From a phage, in sequence record PX418922.1: DNA of 64,000 nt; one strand, written 5' to 3'. Made by a program: the position numbers and the translations under genes. Below are positions 45,782 to 54,404 of this stretch, piece after piece; positions within the stretch are counted from its first letter, which is position 1, and every line of letters starts with the position of its first letter. Below the pieces are notes generated by a model that had not been told where the DNA came from, made no database searches, and saw only the letters and a program-made list of their open reading frames with translations.

Positions 45782-46237
45782 ATGACTAAAGTGCGACATT
45801 ACGCTGTAAACTGCAACGATGCTTGGCGTTTGTGTCCTGATGATCCGACAGAAGGCACATTTGTAAGATATGAGGATTATAAAGAATTATCGGATGCTGT
45901 AATCGCATTGTTAACTGATATCCGTTCACGTTATCCAGGACAAGATTTCACTTGCCCTCACATCAAACTTCTTGCTTGCCTGGTAGAAGGTGAGAAAGAA
46001 GTGGAAGATGGCTTCAAGCGTGTAGAGTATCAAGGTGAAACTTTAGATGTTCCTGAATTTGTTAATTATATTGCAACAGATTCGAGTGGCGAGCGTTATG
46101 GTTACACTCATAAACCGGAGATTCCAGATTTCGCTTATGCGTGGCGTATTCCTTATGAAGTTTTTAATGTTGCAGATTGCTGGTATTTAGGAGAAGGAAA
46201 CAACCTTAATTGGCGTGATTCCTTGGTTCAGGTTTAA
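45782..46237 (+). CDS. hypothetical protein (151 aa)
   Basis: ORF track. Confidence 0.5.
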   Translation: MTKVRHYAVNCNDAWRLCPDDPTEGTFVRYEDYKELSDAVIALLTDIRSRYPGQDFTCPHIKLLACLVEGEKEVEDGFKRVEYQGETLDVPEFVNYIATDSSGERYGYTHKPEIPDFAYAWRIPYEVFNVADCWYLGEGNNLNWRDSLVQV

Positions 46238-46241
46238 CAAT

Positions 46242-46505
46242 ATGAAAGAGACATTGCCAGCAGCATACCGTTTGAATGATGAACGTATTTGGGAGTGGAC
46301 CGACGTTTCTTGTTTTTACCCTGAAATAGTTCAATATTGGCGAGCAAAAGGGTGTGTTGTAGTTATCAACCCATGTGGACCAGTGGATGAAGATTGCTTG
46401 TATCTCGATGGAAAGTGGCACAGTTATTGTCGCTGGCCTTTTGAGTGGATGTGTAAAGAAGATCTCCCAGAGGGTTGGGAGTATCCAAAAGCAAATAGGA
46501 GATAA
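46242..46505 (+). CDS. hypothetical protein
   Basis: Start moved to the ATG just after the upstream stop. Confidence 0.45.
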   Translation: MKETLPAAYRLNDERIWEWTDVSCFYPEIVQYWRAKGCVVVINPCGPVDEDCLYLDGKWHSYCRWPFEWMCKEDLPEGWEYPKANRR

Positions 46506-46506
46506 T

Positions 46507-46869
46507 ATGTCTAAAGATTTTGTTGAAATGTTTGTCAAAGATGAAGAAACTGGTTTAGGCACAGGTTTCATTTGTGAAGAAACCTTTAAACGTGAACAAG
46601 AAAAAGCTATTCTTATGCGAAACTATGATCACGCATTAGAACAATGGAAAAATGCAGAACAAAAATGCAAAAACCTTTATGCAGAAAATAGAAAACTACA
46701 AGATCAAATGGAGTTGTTAGCTATCAGTTTACGATCTCTCATTTTGGCTGTAGAAGATGGTTTTAAAAATCCAGATGGTTTTCCTGTGAGCGATATTGAA
46801 CATGATTTGTATCTTGCTCGTGGTGCTTACTTCTATGTTAAACAGAAGTCTGTAGAAGGAGAGAAGTGA
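46507..46869 (+). CDS. hypothetical coiled-coil protein
   Basis: Start moved to MSKDFVEMF after AGGAG. Confidence 0.45.
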   Translation: MSKDFVEMFVKDEETGLGTGFICEETFKREQEKAILMRNYDHALEQWKNAEQKCKNLYAENRKLQDQMELLAISLRSLILAVEDGFKNPDGFPVSDIEHDLYLARGAYFYVKQKSVEGEK

Positions 46870-47066
46870 TGGAAGAAAAACTGGAACGTATTATCGAGTT
46901 AGCCATGTCTATTGGCTACGACGATTGTTTTCTCCAAACTATTGGAGAAATAGAGAACGATTACGACTCTTGGGTGAAAGAGTTGGAAGAACTTAAAACT
47001 TCCTTGATTGCTGACTTTGCTGAAGCAGAGGATAAAGCAGATCGTTACAACTATCTGTGTCGATAA
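46866..47066 (+). CDS. hypothetical protein (66 aa)
   Basis: ORF track. Confidence 0.45.
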   Translation: MMEEKLERIIELAMSIGYDDCFLQTIGEIENDYDSWVKELEELKTSLIADFAEAEDKADRYNYLCR

Positions 47067-47068
47067 AG

Positions 47069-47096
47069 CTTGACACACGCTTCCTGTATGGTATGC
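47069..47096 (+). promoter_or_regulatory. sigma70-like promoter
   Basis: TTGACA-N16-TATGCT then TTACCAC. Confidence 0.45.
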
Positions 47097-47126
47097 TTAC
47101 CACATCAAGACAATAAGGAGAGAAAA

Positions 47127-47471
47127 ATGACTAAACTTTTGTGCGTATCATCTTCCGTTCCATATTTCACTGTTGGTAAGCAATACCCTGTGACAAATAC
47201 GGACGAGGATGTAGATTACTACTGGATCAATAGTGATGACGGAACAGATTGTGTTATTGAGTTGAGAATGCGCTGCGCCACTTTTGAGGTGGTAACTGAA
47301 AACGTGATGCGTCTTTTCGAGATCCGATATACAAAAGATAACGGCAGTATTAAAACTTATCAGATCCCAGCCCTTTCTATCTACGACGCATGTGTACGTT
47401 TGGGTCAGATTTACGGGGACGATAAATACTACCGTGACGATGTGTCCATTCATGTGGTAGAGGTGGTGTAA
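47127..47471 (+). CDS. hypothetical protein
   Basis: Start moved to MTKLLCV after AAGGAGAG. Confidence 0.5.
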   Translation: MTKLLCVSSSVPYFTVGKQYPVTNTDEDVDYYWINSDDGTDCVIELRMRCATFEVVTENVMRLFEIRYTKDNGSIKTYQIPALSIYDACVRLGQIYGDDKYYRDDVSIHVVEVV

Positions 47472-47472
47472 T

Positions 47473-47745
47473 ATGAATAAAGATCGGTTTCTTTCTTTAG
47501 TCGCGGAAGCTCCTTTTGATGTTCTTGGGGTGAGATTATGGAAAGACAGAAACTATGGGTTAGATGTTCAAACATACTCTCTTTGGTTGGTTGGGGAGCA
47601 CAGCTTAGATGAAAGCTTGTGCATGGGTAGGGATTCTCGTTCCCTCTGTTTAAAGTTCAGAAGCTTAGAACGCGCAAACAAAGAGCAAGAAAAACTAACG
47701 AGGTGGCTAAATGAAAACAAGCGCAAGGTTGATGGAGTTTTATAA
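47473..47745 (+). CDS. hypothetical protein (90 aa)
   Basis: ORF track. Confidence 0.45.
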   Translation: MNKDRFLSLVAEAPFDVLGVRLWKDRNYGLDVQTYSLWLVGEHSLDESLCMGRDSRSLCLKFRSLERANKEQEKLTRWLNENKRKVDGVL

Positions 47746-47932
47746 AATTTATCTAGCATGGATTGATGTTGGTGCTCCTGATGGTAAACCTTTTCGGCGG
47801 GATTGACTTTGGGTCATTGTTTGGCAAACATTGAAGATGTTGTGATCCAAAGGGTTGTTTTAGAGAAAGAGGCTATTTGAGAGAAGACGGCACAATACTT
47901 AAATATAAAGATTAACCACAAAGGAGATAGAT

Positions 47933-48232
47933 ATGCAAGTTGAAGACCTGATTAAAATTTTGAATGAAGCTAAAGAGAAAGGTGCTATCAAGGACTGGAA
48001 ACGTGAAACAAGTGAAGACCTATCTCATTGTTGCCGAGAGTTTTACATCGAAGGTATTGCTGACGATCATTATACTATCGAATGGTATATCAACTTAATG
48101 ACCCTTAAGCACGGTTCATTTGAGATTTGGTTTGATGACATTGATGTAAATGGTTTTCATCCTGGCTATAAAATCGCTATGCAGTTATCTTATCGTAGAG
48201 AAGTTGTAGCACATTTGGGTTTACATAACTAA
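47933..48232 (+). CDS. hypothetical protein (99 aa)
   Basis: ORF track; AAGGAGATAG upstream. Confidence 0.5.
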   Translation: MQVEDLIKILNEAKEKGAIKDWKRETSEDLSHCCREFYIEGIADDHYTIEWYINLMTLKHGSFEIWFDDIDVNGFHPGYKIAMQLSYRREVVAHLGLHN

Positions 48233-48242
48233 GGAGAAAAGA

Positions 48243-48566
48243 ATGCAAGCAGTTGTTAACGAAGCTATTATGAACTTATCCTTCTTGTTAGCTGGTTTAG
48301 GAGGTGTTCTCATAGGTTTGGCTCTTATCTGGTGTATTCGTCGATTAATCGGGTACCGACAAAAAGGTGTTTCATGTTTTGTATCTTACAATTTTACAAC
48401 TGCTTACAGCAATGAAGTTGGATCTGGTAATGCTCAAGCATTTTTACCAACATATCCTCCTACGGTGGAAGATATTCGAAACTTGGAAGTACAACTTATG
48501 GGACTAGGTGATAACTATACATCTCTAGTTATTCAAAATATTTTTCGACTAAAACAGGGGGCGTGA
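48243..48566 (+). CDS. membrane-anchored hypothetical protein
   Basis: N-terminal hydrophobic helix. Confidence 0.5.
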   Translation: MQAVVNEAIMNLSFLLAGLGGVLIGLALIWCIRRLIGYRQKGVSCFVSYNFTTAYSNEVGSGNAQAFLPTYPPTVEDIRNLEVQLMGLGDNYTSLVIQNIFRLKQGA

Positions 48567-48779
48567 ATGAAGGTACATTACCCTCATCCATTTGATCCTA
48601 AAAACAAAGCCGTAATTCTTCGTCAGTGGCAACGGGTTTGTCGTACTAAATGTCCAATCAATAGCCCACACAATGTAGACAAGGACTATCTTGGGACATT
48701 TGTTGAATACACTTACATAGACAAAAACAAGCGTAAACAGCATGTCGAGGAATACTGCTTAAGAGTAGAATGGCTGTAA
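48567..48779 (+). CDS. hypothetical protein (70 aa)
   Basis: ORF track. Confidence 0.45.
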   Translation: MKVHYPHPFDPKNKAVILRQWQRVCRTKCPINSPHNVDKDYLGTFVEYTYIDKNKRKQHVEEYCLRVEWL

Positions 48780-48791
48780 ATAATAAATACC

Positions 48792-48820
48792 TTGACAAGT
48801 GTTTATTCGTTTTGTAAAGT
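48792..48820 (+). promoter_or_regulatory. sigma70-like promoter
   Basis: TTGACA-N17-TAAAGT ahead of the recombinase gene. Confidence 0.5.
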
Positions 48821-48849
48821 GAGAATACAGCAATGGTTTAGGAGTGGTT

Positions 48850-49521
48850 ATGAAAAAGTTTGTTGTTTACAGTCGTCTTTCTAAACAGAAAAAAGGTGAG
48901 GCACAATATGGTATGGAGAGCCAAGAGAATGATATCCGTTACTTCTTAGACTCTGTGCCTGATGCGGAAGTTATTGGTCAATTTTCTGAATACTATTCGG
49001 GTAAGGGCGATTGGAAGCAACGTAAGGAACTGGTTAAAGCGGTTGAAATGTGTAAAGCTACCGGAGCAACTTTATTGGTAGCTAAAGTTGACCGCTTGGG
49101 TCGTAACAACGCCTCCGTAGCAACTCTTCTAGAAATGATCGATGTTAAGATAGCCATTATGCCAGACGCAGATAAAATGGTTATACAGCTTCTGTCTGTT
49201 CTGGCTGAACAAGAAGTTAGAGGTATTGCTGATCGTATTAAAAAGGGTCTTGCTGTAGCAAAAAGCAAAGGTGTTTTATTAGGCAGTGCTAATCCTAAAA
49301 CTGCCGCTGCACGTAGAAAAGGAAAAATGGAATACAACTCTGTTAAAGCAGACGCTTTTGCAGAGACATTCCGTGAACGCTTGGAGATCCTTAGAGATTT
49401 AAATACACCTTACAAAACTATTGCTGAAAAATTCAATAGTAAGAAAATAGCAACAGCACGTGGTGGTAAATGGGATGCTAAAACTGTTTCTCGTTTGTGT
49501 GCCAGACTGAACATTAAATAG
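48850..49521 (+). CDS. serine recombinase (resolvase / invertase family)
   Basis: N-terminal YSRLSKQKK (catalytic Ser region) and LLVAKVDRLGRN motif; start moved to ATG after AGGAG. Confidence 0.55.
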   Translation: MKKFVVYSRLSKQKKGEAQYGMESQENDIRYFLDSVPDAEVIGQFSEYYSGKGDWKQRKELVKAVEMCKATGATLLVAKVDRLGRNNASVATLLEMIDVKIAIMPDADKMVIQLLSVLAEQEVRGIADRIKKGLAVAKSKGVLLGSANPKTAAARRKGKMEYNSVKADAFAETFRERLEILRDLNTPYKTIAEKFNSKKIATARGGKWDAKTVSRLCARLNIK

Positions 49522-49529
49522 GAGAGGAT

Positions 49530-49952
49530 ATGAAACAAGAAAATGAATCTGTAGATCACTTAATCATGCTGTCAGCCCTTTTTGCCGGATGGGACGTATT
49601 TTTTGAAAATTTGTTCAATTCTGCTACAGATGGTTCCGATTTTATGCGCCAGTTTAAACGACGAACTGTTGAGGACTATGCTTTCTATTCAGGTCGGATT
49701 GAAAAAGGTTACGAAGATACAAATACAACACTCACCATTAAAGTTTTAGATGTGATGTTTAGTGTTATAGATGCTATCGACGAAAGTCTTCCGATCCTAG
49801 ACAATTGTAATACGAAAGCCTATGTTTACAAAATAGCTCGTGCTTATGTGTCTGCAAACAGTTGTCTTCTTTCCACCCAGATTGCCGTGAACAATCTTGC
49901 CAACTTGTTTGATGAAGGAGAAACTTTTTATGACAATCGATTTGAAGTGTAA
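49530..49952 (+). CDS. hypothetical protein (140 aa)
   Basis: ORF track. Confidence 0.5.
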   Translation: MKQENESVDHLIMLSALFAGWDVFFENLFNSATDGSDFMRQFKRRTVEDYAFYSGRIEKGYEDTNTTLTIKVLDVMFSVIDAIDESLPILDNCNTKAYVYKIARAYVSANSCLLSTQIAVNNLANLFDEGETFYDNRFEV

Positions 49953-50295
49953 GAGGATTCTTTTAGATTTCTATAATAATTGGTTAGAACACCTCCGGCT
50001 CTTTCCAAGAGAAAGTGGTTACGCTGATGTTGGCTTATGCCGAGGTCTACGTATGTATATAAGTGGTGAATTTCGGGCCGAGCATTCTTTAGCATATTCT
50101 GTTTATGGTATGCAATTAGCCAGTTTTGAAAACGCTGGCTTAGATACAACTTTCCCATTTAACACAGCAAAATCTTTTGAGCAAGAGTGTAAGGAAAAAC
50201 GTTGCATGTTTAATGAAAAACGTGTACAGTGGGTTAAGGATCGAGTTAAACAACTGGAACAAGAGTTGGATTTCTTCTATGATGAGGCAGAATAA
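49930..50295 (+). CDS. hypothetical protein, paralog family A copy 3
   Basis: Start moved to ATG after AAGGAG; family A pattern. Confidence 0.45.
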   Translation: MTIDLKCKRILLDFYNNWLEHLRLFPRESGYADVGLCRGLRMYISGEFRAEHSLAYSVYGMQLASFENAGLDTTFPFNTAKSFEQECKEKRCMFNEKRVQWVKDRVKQLEQELDFFYDEAE

Positions 50296-50567
50296 TGGAT
50301 AGACAAACCTTAAAAACAATGGCAGATGCCACTAATTCCCCGTACTTTGAAAAAGTAAGTAAATTGGTAGCTAAAGCCGCAGAGGAAGGATATTATAACA
50401 TAAACATCCATAACCCAAGTCTTATACTAGAAATGCCAAGTGATAAGAAGATACAAGAGAGTATCTGTGAAGGTATTGTTAGTTACTGGCGCGAGCGTGG
50501 GTGTGGTGCAAACATGGCTTTAGACAGTGCAAACATTGTAAGATATATAAATATTTCTTGGGGGTGA
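50295..50567 (+). CDS. hypothetical protein (90 aa)
   Basis: ORF track. Confidence 0.5.
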   Translation: MDRQTLKTMADATNSPYFEKVSKLVAKAAEEGYYNINIHNPSLILEMPSDKKIQESICEGIVSYWRERGCGANMALDSANIVRYINISWG

Positions 50568-50608
50568 TTTTATGATTCAATGCACTCATATCCAAATTAC
50601 TTGGAGAG

Positions 50609-51184
50609 ATGAACTTTACCATTTTGGGACAATTTACTGTAGGGGAAACATACCCTGTCATTAAACATAATCCTAACATCGCAAACTTTGATAGGATGGT
50701 TCTTGTTGAGGACGATCTGGGTCAAACTTATTCTTTAGATCTAAAATATCCGTTTTCTTACGGCTACGATTGGATCGTTACTTTTGAAGACGTGGAGGAA
50801 AATAAAACAATGAACGAAAAAAATTCTTGGTATTATCGTTGTGAACTGCCGCCAGTAGGTGAAAAGGTTATCTTTGTTCCTGATTTGGAAAGATATTCTT
50901 GGGACAGTTCTTATTCTATTCCTAAAGAAGGCACCGAAGTTGAAGTTATTGCACATCGCACAACTTCGCATGGTAACGATGTAGCAGTTGTTTTCTGGGA
51001 TGATGAAGGTGCTGCTTGTGCAGGTGGCTTTGTTGCAGGTAATTTTGAACCCCTGCCAGATCCTTTGAAGGAGGCAATTTTAGGCGTAGCTTCTTTTGGA
51101 CTCTCTTACACATCTGCACAAGAGATCGTAGAAGGTATTTTAAACGGTACCGTTCCAAACGAAATTTTTAAACAGATTAAATAA
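50609..51184 (+). CDS. hypothetical protein (191 aa)
   Basis: ORF track. Confidence 0.5.
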   Translation: MNFTILGQFTVGETYPVIKHNPNIANFDRMVLVEDDLGQTYSLDLKYPFSYGYDWIVTFEDVEENKTMNEKNSWYYRCELPPVGEKVIFVPDLERYSWDSSYSIPKEGTEVEVIAHRTTSHGNDVAVVFWDDEGAACAGGFVAGNFEPLPDPLKEAILGVASFGLSYTSAQEIVEGILNGTVPNEIFKQIK

Positions 51185-51235
51185 TAGTTGCACCCCGTTC
51201 TGCGGGGTGTTATTGTATATGTAAAGGAGGCGCTA

Positions 51236-51574
51236 ATGTATTACACTGAAGACTACATATTGTATAACTTTTTTAAAGGTTGGTTGAAATGGGCGGAACA
51301 AGCTCCTGTCGGAGATTGTGTTTTTCCTTGGGATTCTCGTCAAGGCTTGTGTCGTTGTTTGGAAGATTGGCTTATAACCACAAACTACAATTCAGAAACT
51401 AAGAAATCTACATCAAACAGATTAAAAATGTTGTTTGAAGAAGATGGTTTAGATCCAATTTATCCTTTCGGTGAGGAAAGTTTCCACAATGGTCTTTTCC
51501 TTGGCACTCAACATTATGATAAAGATCGTGTAGATTGGGTAAAAGAAAAGGTAGCACAGTATGAATGGGGTTAA
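51236..51574 (+). CDS. hypothetical protein, paralog family A copy 4
   Basis: Start moved to ATG after AAGGAGG; family A pattern. Confidence 0.45.
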   Translation: MYYTEDYILYNFFKGWLKWAEQAPVGDCVFPWDSRQGLCRCLEDWLITTNYNSETKKSTSNRLKMLFEEDGLDPIYPFGEESFHNGLFLGTQHYDKDRVDWVKEKVAQYEWG

Positions 51575-51764
51575 GAATTATCACCGCTGGTTAGAAAGCT
51601 ATCTTAAGAAATGTGAACTTGGTGTTCCAGGTTATACTTACGACACGGACGAGATCCTTGATGAAATGGAAGTTTGGTTTAAAGAGCCTCGTGAACTATT
51701 GGAAAACATTCTAATGGCTTGGGATGGTACGGCACAAAGCATTGAAGGAGGTAGAAATGAGTAA
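51561..51764 (+). CDS. hypothetical protein (67 aa)
   Basis: ORF track. Confidence 0.45.
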   Translation: MNGVKNYHRWLESYLKKCELGVPGYTYDTDEILDEMEVWFKEPRELLENILMAWDGTAQSIEGGRNE

Positions 51765-51892
51765 GAAATTGTTTAATATTCGTGAGAATCGTGATGGATC
51801 GTTCTCTGTAGTCAATGAGTTTAATGTTTCGGTTGGGACTTTTATTACTAAACGTCAAGCAGAACAAGTAAGAGATACTTTAAACAAGTAAA
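51758..51892 (+). CDS. small hypothetical protein (44 aa)
   Basis: Read manually after GGAGG; coordinates may be off by 1-2 nt. Confidence 0.3.
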
Positions 51893-51908
51893 TTTTTAAG
51901 GGGGACTT

Positions 51909-52328
51909 ATGTTAGGTAAGATCAAAGCTTTTTTCAAACGTATTGTTGAAGGAAGTCCAACAGAAGGTGCATTAGGAAGATCTCTAACAGGAGAACCGCT
52001 TGCCATAATTTCTATCAGTCGGTATGGTGGATATTCAATTAAACAAACACCTTTAGGTATAGAAGGTAGTATGCTTTCTTGGACAATATCTCAAGTTGGT
52101 GATAACAGGCTTGCAGCTATAGCATTGCTTCGTGGGGAGTATGACTATTGTTTATCAGCGCCTTGTAAAAAGCATCTCATAGAGCACATTAGAGATAGAG
52201 TAGAAAGAGAAGGCGGATACTTCTTCGAAACTAAGAGAAACGAACAAGGAACTCTTGACTTCACTAAGGTTTACTGGGACAATCATACTCGTCAAACTGT
52301 TGAACAACTTCTGGAGGAAAGATGTTAA
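51909..52328 (+). CDS. hypothetical protein (139 aa)
   Basis: ORF track. Confidence 0.5.
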   Translation: MLGKIKAFFKRIVEGSPTEGALGRSLTGEPLAIISISRYGGYSIKQTPLGIEGSMLSWTISQVGDNRLAAIALLRGEYDYCLSAPCKKHLIEHIRDRVEREGGYFFETKRNEQGTLDFTKVYWDNHTRQTVEQLLEERC

Positions 52329-52531
52329 AAGCTTTTGCTGTATACTCTACTGTAGGATTCTTTTATTGGATTATAGTTGTTGTTGGATGTTGGTTGGGTT
52401 CTTCTGTTGTGATGGGAGAATGGTTAACATACAATGTATTTGAATGGAATGTAGTTTGTAGATCATTACTTGTTATATGGACTGCTATTGTTTGTTGGAT
52501 AACTGTTAGTCTAACATTAGATCTATATTGA
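52322..52531 (+). CDS. small membrane protein (69 aa)
   Basis: GGAGG RBS; two hydrophobic helices. Confidence 0.45.
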   Translation: MLKAFAVYSTVGFFYWIIVVVGCWLGSSVVMGEWLTYNVFEWNVVCRSLLVIWTAIVCWITVSLTLDLY

Positions 52532-52632
52532 TTAATAGATGGTAGATAGATGATCATAGTTTATCTACCTTCACTTACGTTTCATACCTCACTATCGTGA
52601 GTAACATGAAACATTATTATATAGAAATCTAC

Positions 52633-52690
52633 TACTCGCTATCGCTCGTAAACATATGTTTAGGGTACCATATTTTTTTGAAAAAGTCAA
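52633..52690. repeat. conserved ~60-bp intergenic element, copy B
   Basis: TACTCGCTATCGCTCG + hairpin (AAACA-TA-TGTTT) + TAGGGTACCATATTTTTTTGAAAAAGTCAA; copy A at 19968-20026. Confidence 0.6.
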
Positions 52691-52697
52691 TGCTGAT

Positions 52698-52790
52698 TCA
52701 CCTATCAATTATCTGTTTAAGATAAATCTTACCTATCAATCTAACTCTTAACTAGTATTGCACCTATAGTAAGACTATTCCTATAGTTAT
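52698..52790. repeat. iteron-like short direct repeats
   Basis: CCTATCAAT at 2 sites and CCTATAGT at 2 sites within about 90 bp. Confidence 0.4.
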
Positions 52791-52824
52791 TAACCCTCTT
52801 CTTCTGTAGAATGTAATTAGATCC

Positions 52825-52854
52825 TTGACAAACTCACAAAGCTTGTGTTACATT
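52825..52854 (+). promoter_or_regulatory. sigma70-like promoter
   Basis: TTGACA-N18-TACATT ahead of 52892. Confidence 0.4.
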
Positions 52855-52891
52855 GTGTCTCACAAGTGAATAATACCGAACAGGAGGAAGA

Positions 52892-53107
52892 ATGAGTTCC
52901 AATTTTCTATACAAAGCAAAAGATTCACGAGATGGAGAGAACCATTGGTGGTTGATCACAGAAGATGGTGTTATCATCCTACCGTGGGACGGAGAGACGA
53001 AAGTTCAAATACTAGAGAAAGTAAAAGGTGTTAGTTTTAATGTTAATCATGATATAACAACTTTCAAAGCTTTTGCTATGAATCCTAGTCTTGTTGCTGA
53101 ATGGTAA
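52892..53107 (+). CDS. hypothetical protein (71 aa)
   Basis: ORF track; AGGAGG upstream. Confidence 0.5.
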   Translation: MSSNFLYKAKDSRDGENHWWLITEDGVIILPWDGETKVQILEKVKGVSFNVNHDITTFKAFAMNPSLVAEW

Positions 53108-53120
53108 TCCAGGAGAAGAT

Positions 53121-53339
53121 ATGACTAAAATGTATGCAGCCGTTGATAAGCTGGATGGGTCTGATTCTGTTTTTATTTTGAATAAAATGGGTGTCTTAGT
53201 TTATGCCCGAACTTCTCAAAACATAGAGCACCAAGTGGAAGCAGCACAAATTTTAGAGCAAATAACCCCTCCATACCTATACTCAAATGTTGAGCGTTTT
53301 AACGATGCACTTGGTTTGACGTTAATAGCGGAATGGTAA
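53121..53339 (+). CDS. hypothetical protein
   Basis: Start moved to ATG after AGGAG. Confidence 0.45.
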   Translation: MTKMYAAVDKLDGSDSVFILNKMGVLVYARTSQNIEHQVEAAQILEQITPPYLYSNVERFNDALGLTLIAEW

Positions 53340-53539
53340 TAATGGCGAAAATGTTGAAAATTGATAATGTCGTAACAATCACTACGTCCATACCTTGTCC
53401 TCCTATGCCTTGCCCCTATTGTGGTGGTGCAGGATATGTTATGGCGGATGTAGGTCAAATTTACGAGTGTAACCCGTGCAAAACCACAGGTTATATCCAA
53501 ATAGAATCAGAGGAGAAACACTATGAGCCAAAACGCTAA
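53333..53539 (+). CDS. small Cys-rich protein
   Basis: CPPMPCPYCGG ... CNPC; start ambiguous (53333 or 53342). Confidence 0.4.
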   Translation: MVIMAKMLKIDNVVTITTSIPCPPMPCPYCGGAGYVMADVGQIYECNPCKTTGYIQIESEEKHYEPKR

Positions 53540-53972
53540 AGAAAAAGAAGTAATCACGGTAATCCGTCAGATGGAAGGTGCCGAAAACAATGCTTTTGTT
53601 ACTAAGATTCTTCTTAATATCTTTGAAGATGTTATTTTAAACAATCCTGGTCATAAAGATTATCAGTATGATGTTATGATGGGTGCTTTGCTTGAGATTA
53701 ACAAAAACACTTTTGCTGAATATGAGCAACACATGCTTTTACCAGAGGAAGATCAGGATTATTTGTTATCTGGTGCTTTAAGTGCACAAGAAAATTTCTA
53801 CCACGTTCTTAATATGGCTTATGCAGATGAACTTGCTGTCTCCCTTGAAGAGCGGATTCAAATGGTTCGTGACGTAATGAATGAACAAATCCAAGAAGTT
53901 GAGGATCTGGTGGCAGAGCCTTTAGCAGAAATTCGTGCAGCTATTGAAAAACAAAAAGGAACTCAATCATGA
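53523..53972 (+). CDS. hypothetical protein (149 aa)
   Basis: ORF track. Confidence 0.5.
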   Translation: MSQNAKEKEVITVIRQMEGAENNAFVTKILLNIFEDVILNNPGHKDYQYDVMMGALLEINKNTFAEYEQHMLLPEEDQDYLLSGALSAQENFYHVLNMAYADELAVSLEERIQMVRDVMNEQIQEVEDLVAEPLAEIRAAIEKQKGTQS

Positions 53973-54136
53973 TGCAAGTAGGTGATGTGGTTTGCCTTAA
54001 AGGTGCAAACAAACAAATGACAGTAATAGAAAGTTATGGTGAATCTTGTAAAGTAACTTGGTTCGATGAAAACGGGGAATTGCAACACGCCATATTCGAT
54101 CAAAAAGCTTTGAGGAAGGTTGAAGAAAAAGAATGA
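53969..54136 (+). CDS. small hypothetical protein (55 aa)
   Basis: Read manually; ATGA coupling to upstream gene. Confidence 0.4.
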   Translation: MMQVGDVVCLKGANKQMTVIESYGESCKVTWFDENGELQHAIFDQKALRKVEEKE

Positions 54137-54396
54137 GCCATCCGTCAATATTTTTCTGTTTTGTAGATCTTGAAAACGAGTCTTTAATCGTTGATAGTGA
54201 GGGTTACTTCACTTATTGGGAATCCGAGCACGAAACTATAAGTGTAGTGAAAGAAATTATGCAAACCAATCCAAACCTACCAGCACATAAGTACGGTATT
54301 GCAAAAGTGTTTGTTACTAAAACAGAGTACACAAAAGAGCGAAGCACTTTGTACCATAATATTGAAGTGATTCACTATTTCAAAGATGTTATTTAG
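54133..54396 (+). CDS. hypothetical protein (87 aa)
   Basis: ORF track. Confidence 0.45.
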   Translation: MSHPSIFFCFVDLENESLIVDSEGYFTYWESEHETISVVKEIMQTNPNLPAHKYGIAKVFVTKTEYTKERSTLYHNIEVIHYFKDVI

Positions 54397-54404
54397 GAGG
54401 TTAT

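Noticed and set aside
48850-49521. Reading the window as a prophage or integrative element because of the serine recombinase
   Set aside because: No repressor, integrase, att-like repeats or host genes are present, and gene content (nrdDG, helicase, dense early micro-genes) fits a virulent phage.
52363-52557. Minus-strand ORF overlapping the small membrane-protein gene 52322-52531
   Set aside because: The plus-strand ORF has a GGAGG RBS and a clean two-helix membrane profile; the minus ORF has neither. Antisense transcription from copy B remains possible (see findings).
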